From Lenisia limosa (taxonomy: Eukaryota; Protista; Breviatea), in assembly GCA_001655205.1 (NCBI GenBank), contig LPNZ01011560.1, forward strand, positions 1 to 43,017: DNA of 43,017 nt. The letters are read 5' to 3'. The translations under genes and the position numbers were made by a program. Shown in pieces: positions 1 to 11,281 of this stretch. Each line of letters opens with the position of its first letter. The stretch's first letter is position 1. Under the pieces are notes generated by a model, which saw nothing but the letters and a program-made list of their open reading frames with translations, was not told the DNA's origin and did no database searches.

Positions 1-51
1 GGGGGAATTTATGAAACGTGTCAAATATTAAGCTTGTTTTGTTTCGAGTCA

Positions 52-960
52 CAACTCCAGACAACCCTGGCCATCACCGACACATTTGACAAGCTGCCGG
101 ATGAAAGAAAAGCCCTTCATTGGGGCTCGGCGCTCTTTGCAATGGGAAATGGCAAGTAGGCGTGTTCGTGAATCAGAATTTAATCGCGGTTTCTCATTTC
201 TACAGAGAACCATCAAACGTTTTGAAGTCATCTTGCGGTGTCATTAACGCTGGATATGTGTATCCAAGGTATGCTGCGAGGCATTTAACAGATAACCCAC
301 AGAATTGGGTGAAATCGGTATCCTTTAAAAATTAATGGTGTTGGCTGCTGTATCCAGATCAATTTTCAAACAAGTTCTTTGTTTACGACTTAGGTCGACG
401 TTTAATTTGCTCATGAAGCTGAAGCCTGAGATCATGTCAATTCATGAAGGTAAGAAGACAGAAATGTCTCATAAATATTGCTGTAACAAGATTTGTTGAT
501 TTCTTAAGGATGGGATCGCATTGTGTATTTACTTATGGAAGACAAGAAGATGCCGAATAAGGTATGATTATCTGGGCGGCTTTTTGATGTTTTTTTAAGA
601 AGTTTCTGATTGTCGTTCGAAGTCCTAAATTAATACATTTCAACAGCAAATGAGCAAAATCAAAAACATTTGTTACCCCTTTTTTCATCCCCCTCCCTCC
701 AGGTGTTATGGCCAGAATTGAGCCGAATTGTCAACATTGGGAAGGATGGACTCAACATGCGACCGGAAGAGGTTTTGGCTTTCTCACCGTTTCATTTCAC
801 TTTTTAGTACATCGAAATTGGAATCGGCAGTGTGGTTTGGGGGTCGCTGGGCGAAGACCATACTTACTGTCATATTCATCATTATTTTTTACTCCTCCAG
901 GGGCTCTCCAAAGAGTCTTCTTTCCAGTACCCTGCTGTTCTGAACTGGATAGATTGCTAA
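52..960 (+). CDS. 3' part of a multi-exon hypothetical protein gene; 5' end lies outside the window or is unresolved
   Basis: Open exon-like segments separated by GT..AG introns: QTTLAITDTFDKLPDERKALHWGSALFAMGNG / EPSNVLKSSCGVINAGYVYP / GWDRIVYLLMEDKKMPNK / VLWPELSRIVNIGKDGLNMRPEE / GLSKESSFQYPAVLNWIDC* (TAA 958-960). No family recognised. Confidence 0.6.
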
Positions 961-1057
961 GTTGTTTATTATGGTTTTTGGTATATTTTTGAAGACACAC
1001 ACGTTAACATATCTCATTTACATCTCAAAATACATAACCTATACCTAACCTTAAATA

Positions 1058-3957
1058 CTATACAACTATTTCCCTACTCCCTAAGATTGTAAATTGCTTG
1101 CTTTGTTGCAACTGGATCAAGCCCAGCCTCCCTCCAGTAGAGCTGATAATGTTAGTTCAATCATTTTCCAATGTAAAATAAACAGAAGGAATTCTTGTGA
1201 TTTTCACCCTCAGGAGTCTTCATTTCATGTAGGCGCGATACTGTTCTTGCCCAAGCAAACTCTTCTTCTGNNNNNNNNNNNNNNNNNNNNNNNNNNNNNN
1301 NNNNNNNNNNNNNNNNNNNNNNNNNNNNNNNNNNNNNNNNNNNNNNNNNNNNNNNNNNNNNNNNNNATACATTTGAAAAAGTAGTTCTACACACCCGAGA
1401 AAAGCCCGGACTTTGCGGAGTCACTGGAGGCGCCAAGTTGAGTGAGATCATCATAAGTGGCCCGGTCTAAGCCTGAGCGTCATGAACACAGCGTGAATCA
1501 AACTTAGTATTTCAGCTTTGCCCTTTTGAAAGAGTTCAGCAACACTTTCGCTTTGAGTTTGCGTCAAAAGACAAGCATTCATTTCATACATAGAGTCCAC
1601 AAACACAATGAATCGCCGAAGCGTCTAAGAAGTTAGGATCTTAAGGTATTGGATATCATTCACCAGAAAAGCGGATGGCAGTACCAACCTCACGATCCGA
1701 AGTAGCCAGAGTGGGGACTGCTGGGAGAAAAATCAACGGGAAGTTGCGTGAAATCTGGAGATAATCTGCAGAACCCAGGGGTTTTCGGCAAAGGTCTGTT
1801 GGTAACCAAATGAAAACCTCATGAATTCTTCCCACCATCGAAATGAACGACAGCCACACCGGCTGGGCTGGATTGAATATTTAGTGTCCGGCCTGGACCA
1901 ATTGGGAATCGCCCCAATGTCAAATTGACTTTACAGTAATAAGAAGTGATACCATGCAAACCAACCCTTCTCTCCGAAAGCGGCCGACGCAACTTCTTCA
2001 CAATCGTCTTTCATATTGTTGATTGGGCTGTGAGAAAAGTTAATCTAAAAATGTACTGCCCCAGAACCTCAGCATGTATTGTAGCAAGTATTACTACAAA
2101 TATAATTATATAGAGCCGCGTACATTGAGTAACATGGAAGGCAGTCAGGGCAGTCCGCTACTATACAAGTTAGCAGGGAATAAGGAAGTGGGATGCAAAC
2201 ACAGTGACCGATAGTCCCGGTGAGAATTAATGTCTATCACCTCACAAGTCTCCTGGTTGTTAGAATACACACAGATTAATAATGCAACGGCACTACAGAA
2301 ACAAACATTAATTAAGTCAATGAATGGCAAGAATAATTCTCTTTGGATTCCTAAAATGTCAATACTTAACTGGAGTGGAACCTCACCATTTTCATAGAGG
2401 GTTGAAGGTGATCGGTTTGAGGTTGCTACTAAACTCATCCCTTTGTCAATGAGGCGGCTGGCTGGAATAACAAATGAAACACAAGGCTATAGAAAGGACA
2501 ATCACACTCACGAGAATAAATCACTCATTATGCATGCATCAGCAATATCAAGAACTTGGAATTCATCAAAACACATCTACAATGTTAGAATGAAATGTAA
2601 TTGTTTCGACGCCTCTCTTTTACCCAACAAATTATCGCATTGTATATCCTCTTACCACGGAGTATTTACTCGAGATTTCATCAGTGACCTTGGAGGTAAA
2701 ATGAGCAACTCTAAAAACTAGCTAACTTTCGATAAGGCATGGCCTTTATAATTGGACTGTGAGGAGAAGTGAAAGATTCCTGGAAGAATGAGACCAAACC
2801 AATACCCCTCACGAGAATGGACGCTGTTCATGAACTGATTGAAGTGAGTCCGCATTACTCGAGGACCCGGCAAAGTGTCATGCAAGAGGTCCATCATCAT
2901 GGTCTTCCCTGTTCCTGGGGCAATAACAAGGCTCAGGTAATCCAACGCATACCGACGTCGCCATGAAGGTAAAGACCCGTGCAGGACCGTCTCGCCTTTA
3001 TTTCTTTGAAGCCAAAAAGTTTAGAAACTTTGGATGCAAATGAATCGGTAGGCTTTTCGATGGGCATTTGGCTACATACATCTTTACAGAAGTTTGTATC
3101 ATCATACATACAGGTTTATTTCTCTCTCCCTTCCCCATTATCAGAGAGAATGGGGAGTAGTTATAGGATGGAATATTGAACACGACAAACCTCATATTTG
3201 AAAGATGGTGGTGATGACTGTCCAAATGACCAGCCAGTGCTTCCTGCCATAGATAATTAAAACTATATCATAATAAACAATATCCTAATAACATATACTA
3301 TTTTGTGGACCGATATTTGTTCCATTACTCCGTGTACGGTTGTAAGGTAAATGATAGAGTGAAATATCTACTTACTATTATATCATATCACTTTCTGGAT
3401 CATTTTCACACGTGTGAACTATCATTTTCCACGCAGTAATATGATGTATGATAATTGACCGACAAGTCTCAAAGATACTCTGATAAACTCGGGGTGAACC
3501 CTCATGTTATCTTCGTTCATCATTTCTACTTAAAAGTCGGTCATATGATCATATCACTAGTGGATATGGGTTAAAATATGTTAATACAAGCACATTTTGC
3601 AATTCTTGCATCAATGCTCTATTATCAACTACAATCAAGGTCCTTTATTAACAGGATGCGTGGGTGGCTTCAGCACCCATTTTTTCATATTTTAAACATG
3701 AGGTAATAATTTGTAGAGCGATATCATGACAGTAGTAAGACGTAACAATCCCTAATCAATGTCGTCATACCCCCTCCTCCCACCTGGTGAACGTCGAAAA
3801 TGAGCTCGCCGTCACTGACACGTTGAAGGTACAGTGCCGAAGGGTTCAGTTTATGAGAGGAGCGGTCAACCATATGACAATGTTCATGAAATGCACGGAT
3901 GAACGGGTAAATTATTCGTCCCAACCGGGGGGAAGCCTGTTGTAGTGCCAAGAACAT
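1058..3957 (-). CDS. AFG1: AFG1/LACE1 (ZapE-like) AAA+ ATPase, multi-exon; one intron spans the N gap at 1271-1367
   Basis: Spliced motifs in family order: PSALYLQRVSDGELIFDVHQ; Walker A GLYLHGDVG|TGKTMMMDLL..RTHFNQFM; Walker B CFDEFQVLDIADA; LVATSNRSPSTLYENG; LCRKPLGSADYLQIS; RRFIVFVDSMYE; EEEFAWARTVSRLHEM. ATG at 3957. The exact 3' end is approximate. Confidence 0.95.
3381..3557. repeat. Intronic dispersed repeat, copy A (in AFG1 intron 1)
   Basis: Its reverse complement aligns by eye with 15288-15411: shared blocks gtgatatg.tcatatg.ccgacttt..agt.gaaatgatgaacgaa, gggttca, cagagtatc, aattatcatac, gtgtgaaaa and aaagtgatatgata. Confidence 0.85.
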
Positions 3958-4016
3958 TTATGGCCCTTTAGAGCAATAACAGAAGGGGGGGATTGTTCAC
4001 TGAGTTTCATCCAGTT

Positions 4017-4945
4017 TCATTTTATATTCGCTTCGTAGGCGCTCGCTGGGTCACTTTTCTTTTAAGAAGAAGAGAAGAAGAGAAGAATGCGGTGAAAAAG
4101 ATGTGAAAAAAGTGAAAAAACAAAAATGTGAATCGAAGACTAAACTCGTCCTGATGGGATTGACCCCCCATATAATCAAGGTACCCCCCCATATAATCAA
4201 GGCACCCCCCCATATAATCAAGGTACCCCCCCATATAATCAAGGTACCCATGACCCATGTATCCTGCATGATGCAGTAATCCAGATATTGCATGTTGGTC
4301 AAGTGTTGATAGCAAGTTGGTAAGTTGGTAGGTAAGCCTCCTCCACCTCCAGGTCACAGGGATTTTCAATTTGGGTAATCGAGTACTATTTTGTTCTTAT
4401 TCTCACATAACCCATCGATGCAAGCCTTGTCTGTTTAGCCAACAGAACTGATATTTTGTTTCTCTCTGTTCTAATAATATACCCATTTCTCCCGAAGTGA
4501 TAAGCGGCATTGCTCCAAGAATCTACTTTAGAAACAAGCAATATTTGAAGACAATCTCAGTTTTTGACCCCCCAGGCCTTCGTCTACGCCTCGGCTGTTG
4601 GGGAAGCTTCTGACGTGGCACATGATGACGTCATTGCGGTTGCCCAAGGCTTCAGTCTTGCTTTCAGTGGGGTGTTGTTAAGGAGTGATTGATAGTTCTT
4701 TGAATCACTTGGCTATTTTGCATTGTAGTACAGTTCATTGTGTTCACTTCCGAAGCATGGTATACTGTTGAGATAAAATTGACTTATGACTAGGGCTTCA
4801 CTTCGGTTCAAAAAGTCCGAATTTCTCGATAAATCCTCGATATTTCATCGGTCTTTTTCAGACCAGAGTGAAACCCTATTTTTGATTGACTGTTGCCTGA
4901 CTTTAGTGAGAGAGTCCCTCTTCCTCAAGAAGTCGCCATATATGA
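4017..4945 (-). CDS. Short exons of uncertain affiliation: either the 3' tail of the RING/coiled-coil gene or a separate small gene
   Basis: Several AG-bounded open segments (e.g. FIIYGDFLRKRDSLTK; HAGYMGHGYLDYMGG...) and a polypyrimidine acceptor near 4060. Phases could not be resolved unambiguously. Confidence 0.35.
4164..4246. repeat. 21-bp tandem repeat, 4 copies (cccccccatataatcaaggta)
   Basis: Directly visible, with one substitution (ggca) in copy 2. It reads YLDYMGG in one minus-strand frame. Confidence 0.95.
4791..4878. mobile_element. 88-bp MITE-like foldback element with TAGGG...CCCTA ends
   Basis: Left end TAGGGCTTCACTTCGGTTCAAAAAGTCCGA versus reverse complement of right end TAGGGTTTCACTCTGGTCTGAAAAAGACCGA (~30-bp imperfect TIR). 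No clean TSD. The internal core recurs at 32515-32572. Confidence 0.7.
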
Positions 4946-5035
4946 TGAAGCTTTGAAACATAAATGACATAAAATACAAAAGAAAAATCAGAAACACTTG
5001 ACAGCCATTAAACCACCATATACCATGACACGGAC

Positions 5036-8000
5036 CTAGAACTTATCACTTTCCTGATCTTTGACGATCTGAACACACCGTGCAGCCCTCGCACTGCTGT
5101 ACACTGTCCCTCCGTTGGCCTTCTTGTTCTGGACTGCAACCGAAAACCCAGGCTTTGAGGGAAGCATGCAGACCTGAGACTTCTTCACAGTCGGCTTGCT
5201 GAGTGCCGGGTTGACTCCTTTGATTCTGGGGTTAGGCACGAGTTCGCAGTTTGGACCCTTGGTTCTCGGCTTGAGGTCAATGATCTCATTTTTGGCTGAA
5301 GGCGCCAGTCGGACTTCAAGGCGGGGCTCCTTGGATGCCTTGTCGCTGGGCACGTGGCTGAAGCCTGGCCTTGGCCCGGGTTCGCCATCGGGTTCGAACA
5401 GTAGGTCGTAGTCGATTGGGGGGGTTGGCGCGCTGCTGGCTGGAAAGGTTATTACAAAAGGAAAATGTGGGTATATCATATCATATGTATCAGATCCCTA
5501 GGTGTTTCACCTTCAGCATCGTCAAATGATATGGGTGATGGGCTAGTGTCGTCAACCTGCCACTGTCAGGAGAAAAGAAACGGTTACTGTTTAGGCCTCG
5601 GCCAACCTCGGCTTTGGAAATGGGTTCTTTGGTGGCAAATGGGACAGATGGTCGGACTCCACTCAGACTAGGCATACTCAAGGACGCCGCATTTGGCTCC
5701 TAGTTGGTGAGGGGCAACGCATATATCATATGTACTACATGTAATACTGACATGGACTAAGTAATGGAAAGGAAAATCAATACTTTTGCAGTTCTCCAGG
5801 CTGAAATGATGTCGGAAGTGTCGGATGTTGGCGGACGTTTCATGGGGGACCCTGGAGCTTTCTTTCGTGGCGGCGTGGGTTGCCTTTTGGGGGATTGCGC
5901 ATCTATTTGGCATCAAAATTGGTGGTGTTAAGACGAAAGAGAGCACCAATCTACATTTACTTTAATCATTCCCAGCAAACCAGGAAGTAGAGTTTGCCTT
6001 TTGAACTTCTGGGCTTGTGCAGCTAATGTGAGTTCCTAAATTGTTTATTTTACCATAGCCGAAACCAAGATTGGAATGGCATATTATGACGTGTTTGACG
6101 TGTTTCAGTTCCTGCTCTGACTACCTTTTGCTTTCCTTATGTTTGCAAAATTCGATTAAAAGTGCGGTTATAATAAATGTTTTGAGGAGTTAGACAAGAG
6201 TCAGCCATCAAAAAGCTGTTTCTTCCCTCAAACATTTTAGTTAAGCTTTTTGAGATTAAAAAGGAGATAGGGGGGGGGGGTAGCTGCCTGTCTGCGTATT
6301 GTAATCCAATTTACTTAAAAAATAAATGATAAAATTTTGTACAGCAATAAAGAGTTACATTGCCTTCCCCTGCCTTCTTTTGATGTACCTCTCTTTCTTT
6401 CCCCCAAGTCTACTCAATGTATTTCACTACGAGCATATTTTTTCTGAAGCAGCGGCATGCTATATCGCTACCCCCCCTGACCATTCCAGTCTCGCTGTAA
6501 GACACCACCCAGTACCGACTTTTTCTAAGTCTCCAGGGGCCTTAGCCAGCTCGCTGCGAAGCTTAGCGTTCTCCTCTTGCGCCACTGCAAGCTGTCGTCG
6601 CAATCTCTACAAGGCGTCAGAACAACAGAGATCTTTATCAAGGTGAACACACCGTGATGCCCGGGGCGCCCGGGTTCCTGATGGCGGCCGTGGCTGCTGC
6701 GAGTTTGGCTTGTGAAGACTCAAGTTGCCGGTTCCGCCTATCATGGTGACAAGTTGCCAAGCAATCAGTCTTGAACAGAAATTCAATTGTCGTTGGGAGC
6801 TTTTTTGTTTTCAAATAATGCAAAAATATATAAACTATAAAAACCTTCATGGGGTCAACTCACTCTTTCAACGCTCTTTTAAGCACCTTAATTTCCTCTG
6901 AGTCTTCGTCATTTGGACCCAGGGCTGTGGCCTTCGATGTTAGTCAAGCTAAGATCTTCCCGACCTAAATAACAGAATACAACCCCGTACCGCCTCAACT
7001 CGGATGTCATTCAACAATTTCACATCAGCGGTTGAAAGCTGTTCCTCTTCAAGCTTCTATAAGACATTAGAGATTAACTATCGAAGACTCGGCCTTCCTT
7101 GAAGCGATTTATGTATAATTATTCATTTTGTATTGAAAATGATTCTTAAGTAGATTTTGAGAAAAGAGGCAAAAGTGGCGTGAATCACGTTCAATATGAC
7201 GGACGCGCAGCATGATCCCAGCCAAATTTCCTATTTGAAACCTGCTTTAAGGCAAGGTCACCACCCACTTTGATCTTCTCATCATCGCTTTCATCATCAG
7301 AGGAAACAATTCTCCTCCTCACATTATTCTTGGTGACCTAAGTATTTGAACCGATGGAGTTTGAAATCCAAGTGCCTCTCAGTACCACAAGAAAAGCCAT
7401 GTTTTTTGTAGGGAGTGACATACATTATATTATATCATATATATGCAGATAGTATATCATATTATAGTATACATATGATATCATTACACTATCCAATTTA
7501 ACCCACCTGAGGCCTAACGGGAGAGTCATATGCCTCGGTCTCCTCCGGTGCGGCAGTTGGGGCGTAAGCGGCATAGTTCGGCAACGGGCGTTGAGCCATT
7601 TGCTGAGCACAGAACTGCCATTCAGCTGCAACCGTCAGATCAGTCCGCTCTGGTGTATAGCTTTACTCTTGTAATAATATTTCCGTTTCACTCCTGTTTC
7701 CAATTTGAATTGAAGAATGTGAAATGGACAAATACCAATCAGCCCCCTTCTACCTGAGGGACAGGCAGCCCCCTTCTACCTGACAAGCAGCCCCCTTCTA
7801 CCTGAGGGGGATTGTGGGCCAGGCACCGCTCCCTACAACATGACCATTCATCCAAAGGGTGTAATGAAAAGAGTAAAAAGACAAGGACAAGTGTACCTGG
7901 TTTCTGGTAAAGTATCTGTGTTCGGACTGGGGTGAAAGCGGGACAGGTGGTCTCAGAATTAGTTTCAATGGAGTCCTAAAAATATCAAAGAACACACAAT

Positions 8001-9179
8001 ATGGGTGTAATTTATAAAGAATCAAGCTCATATCATTTGATACTCTCTTATAATAGAACAATCTGCACTAAAATACTGCTTTTTCTTACAACAAAGGAAG
8101 AAGTTCCACTTACGTAGGCTTATTTGGAACGTTTCTTTGAAGTTATGAAATCGAAAATAAATGGAATAAAAAAAACAGCTACCGAACCCCACTCACTCCT
8201 TCTTCGCCGCTTGAGCTTCCAGTTCTTGAATGTGGCTCTTTAGGTCGGTTATTTCTGTGTTTTTAGCCCTGAGGTCGGCAGAGTGTGACTGAAGTTCGCG
8301 ACGATATCTAAAGAGTAATTATATGGTAAATGGTAAATATGATGATGCGGTGCCAAGACATTATTTTATTTTTTGACCTTCCAACTGATAGATGCCAGAT
8401 GGTAGAATTTTTAGCTAAATATAAAAATAAGGAGAGAAGGGGGGGGGGTAAAAGAAGGCTCCCAACTTGAGCTCAGCCTGGGTTGCTTCTGCTTCTGCCT
8501 TCCTTGCTTTATTCTGAAGTACTTCTCCCTCCTTTCGGACCGCTTTAACTTCTTCTTGCGACTTTTCCAATTCCTTTCGCAGTTTCTAATGTGTTATTGT
8601 CAAAAAAAACATCAATAAAATCTCCCCTCCCACAAAGACTGCAATAGCATCTTCCTCCAAATGATCAAGATACTTCAGGACTGCTCTTCTCTTACAGCTC
8701 AAAGCCTTGGCCACTAGAGAGTAAATGTCTGCGATAAGATGCACAACACCAACTTAGAATGTGATTGACAGGTTCCACCGCTGATTGCAGAATGACGGGT
8801 CGAAACGGGGTGTCGATGCTGATGGCACAACGACATGTTGGACAGTTCATGTTCTGATTTGAGACAAGCCATTTCTAAAGGTTTGAGAGAAAGCAAAGCA
8901 AGCAGAGAGGCTTGATGATAAATTAGAAAAACTGATAAAACAAACATACCCACTTCTACACAAGCCTCGCAAAACACATGACCGTTCGGACAGAGAACGG
9001 GGCTCTCAAAGCCGCCAAAGCAGATCGGACAGGACGGCGGTGTGTCATCTTGCACTGTGAAGCCTGCGGGATAAGCTGCCGGAATAAGGAAGTCGTTAGT
9101 AATGTTGTCTCTTCTTCATACATGGTGGAATGTTGCCTGGTAGAACATTAGCAACGTCTCCTTTGTTGAATCCGTCCAT
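5036..9179 (-). CDS. N-terminal RING (C3HC4) + coiled-coil + low-complexity protein; putative E3 ligase resembling OBI1/RNF219
   Basis: ATG at 9179. Spliced RING SCPICFGGFESPVLCPNGHVFCEACVE|..LVSNQNMNCPTCRCAISIDTPFRPVI, then coiled-coil exons (KLRKELEKSQEEVKAVRKE; RELQSHSADLRAKNTEITDLKSHIQELE; RLRRQLAVAQEENAKLRSEL). The 3' extent is uncertain and this span could hold more than one gene. Confidence 0.7.
7740..7805 (-). repeat. Three copies of an 18-bp unit (cagcccccttctacctga) overlapping an exon/intron donor
   Basis: Copies at 7740-7757, 7766-7783 and 7788-7805. On the minus strand each reads TCAG|GTAGAAGGGGGCTG. Confidence 0.9.
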
Positions 9180-9377
9180 TTGAGAAGAGGAAATACAATC
9201 TAACGTGCCTTCAAGACCACTCTTCTGATATAACGTCTACTAGTCATAAACACGTCAATTTAGGGATAAAAGAGATGTGAAAGAGCTTGAAAGGGTACTG
9301 ATCCAGGGTTGATCAGATCCCGTACCGGGTTAGCTTTTAATTGTTTAATTTGACAAACAACGTCCTTTTTGTGAATA
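9180..9377. promoter_or_regulatory. Probable bidirectional promoter between the RING gene (-) and ZNF593 (+)
   Basis: Only 198 bp separate the two divergent predicted ATGs (9179 and 9378). No specific motif was identified. Confidence 0.5.
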
Positions 9378-10935
9378 ATGGGAGCAAAATACGCCAAAAA
9401 GAAGGGAAACAACAAGAAGAAGTTGGCTTTTAAAAAGTCACATCGCACTAGGCATTACTCTAAAGGTATTCTTGTGCTCTCCTCCATTCCAAATCATATT
9501 ATTTTAGACTTAGACCAACTTCAGGATGATATCAAGCCTGAAAACGCCCAAAAGCTGTCCAACCAGGTGACCCTCCATCTCTTATATCTCTTTGGTCCCC
9601 TTTCTAACAGCAACCTTTTGTCACGATTTGTTTTTAATTTAAATATTTTAAAATTTTGAGTAAGATATCACGACAGCTATCTTGGTTTTGAGGGTTTGAT
9701 GATGTGTACAGTAACCATTCAGGAGGTTGACCCCGATCTCCCCGGTCTTGGCCAACACTACTGCGTCTCTTGCGGGTAAAGGGGGCTATTTGTTTCTTTT
9801 GGGTGGCTTAGGTGGACCTTCTGTTAACAAAGCCTTGTTCACCTTTGTCACCAACGCCTTGCAGACGGTATTTCATTGATGAGGCAGCCCACAAAGCCCA
9901 TGAGGAGACGCGTGCACACCGCAGAAGGTACGTGGATGGTACTGAGAGAGCGTTTATCGAGATACTCAGACATTTCATCAGCATCTTGACCAGTTTTGAG
10001 TATATAATTGAATTATATTTCTTTTTGCGAGTGATAACAATGGATCCGATTATAAACTGGGTGGGCTCTGAGGGGGTCAAACACGAATAAATAGGACCGT
10101 TTTGTGAGGGGGGGGGGGGNNNNNNNNNNNNNNNNNNNNNNNNNNNNNNNNNNNNNNNNNNNNNNNNNNNNNNNNNNNNNNNNNNNNNNNNNNNNNNNNN
10201 NNNNNNNNNNNNNNNNNNNNNNNNNNNNNNNNNAGCAAAATAGTCTACCATAATTACTGATAAATATAACTTGCTGTTCGATTTCTTTGGAATCAGATCC
10301 AAAGATCTCTTGGCTTGATTCAGACCGTCAAGTTCTTAAAATGCTCCGAGAGTCAGTCTTTTTTGGTCGGAATTGAAAAAACGCTGGTGCTAACGCTACA
10401 GATTGACAACGGTGAAGACTGAGGTATATCACACTCAAGAAATGGCCAACCTTGCTGCTGGACAGAGTGGGAAGGGAGCTCACGACGGGGAGCTGGCTGG
10501 GGTCTATTTCTTTCTTCTTTGTTAAGCAAAGTTGAGTTTTTTTGATAGGGTTTTTGTTTCACCGTACTCCCTGAAGTGTTTAAAATATCATATCATTGCT
10601 TCCGGAGTATTGTTTATGAGCCTATCATCAAACTCATGCTGTGTTTTTAGTTGCAAATGATATATTAGAGTAATCTGTGTATATAGTGATATCATATGCC
10701 TCATAGTACCATAATACCTCAAATGATATTAGCTGTTATTCTTTAAAAAACAAAGCAAATACCCAGGCTAATCGATTCTCCATCCTAAATATTCGTTCCT
10801 AAATTCCATACATTTCTATAACCCCCAGGTGCCCCGGATAATGGACCAAAGTTGAACCGAGCCAAGGGACCAAGAGTCGCCCCAACCACTGCTCCTCCCC
10901 CAAAGCAATCCACAACCATGGAGGAAGAAAACTGA
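9378..10935 (+). CDS. BUD20: C2H2 zinc finger ribosome-biogenesis protein ZNF593/Bud20, multi-exon
   Basis: Spliced: MGAKYAKKK...RHYSK|DLDQLQDDIKPENAQKLSNQ|EVDPDLPGLGQHYCVSC..|RYFIDEAAHKAHEETRAHRRR|LTTVKTEVYHTQEMANLAAGQ|.APDNGPKL...MEEEN* (TGA 10933-10935). DLPGLGQ.YC..C.RYF and PDNGPKL are family hallmarks. Confidence 0.93.
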
Positions 10936-11281
10936 TTGTTTTTTTTTTTATTGGTAAGAGTCACAAATACCCTTTCACACTTACTTAAAATGACAAAGTA
11001 TATCGGTTTTTTTTTTTGCTTTGATCATTATTCAGTACCGAATTGTGGACCTTCAAAGTTGCGAAAGAGTACTCTCATTGACTACGAGTTGCTTTTCTTT
11101 GTTCAATGGATTTTTTTAGAATCAATTTCAATCCGATAGTGAATACCATCAGTTTTTTCTACCGGATTTCTTTTCTCAGCATCCCCCCTTTGACTGGGAA
11201 ACCCTTATAAAGGGTTGATCTGATTTCAGATAATATATCGTACAATACATATTGAATAATTTACAGAAACATGGGTATGAC

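Noticed and set aside
3381-3560. Helitron interpretation of repeat copy A (ends in CTAG after a palindrome)
   Set aside because: Copy B lacks the CTRR end, so the signature is not conserved.
4164-4246. Tandem repeat considered as a CRISPR array or iterons
   Set aside because: The units are head-to-tail with no unique spacers; it is an ordinary minisatellite.
7740-7805. Direct repeats with short spacers resembling a mini CRISPR array
   Set aside because: The repeat is 18 bp with spacers of only 8 and 4 bp, the context is a eukaryotic intron, and there are no cas genes.
9930-10410. Possible TIR element in the long ZNF593 intron
   Set aside because: The end similarity is weak and the interior is interrupted by an N gap, so it cannot be supported.
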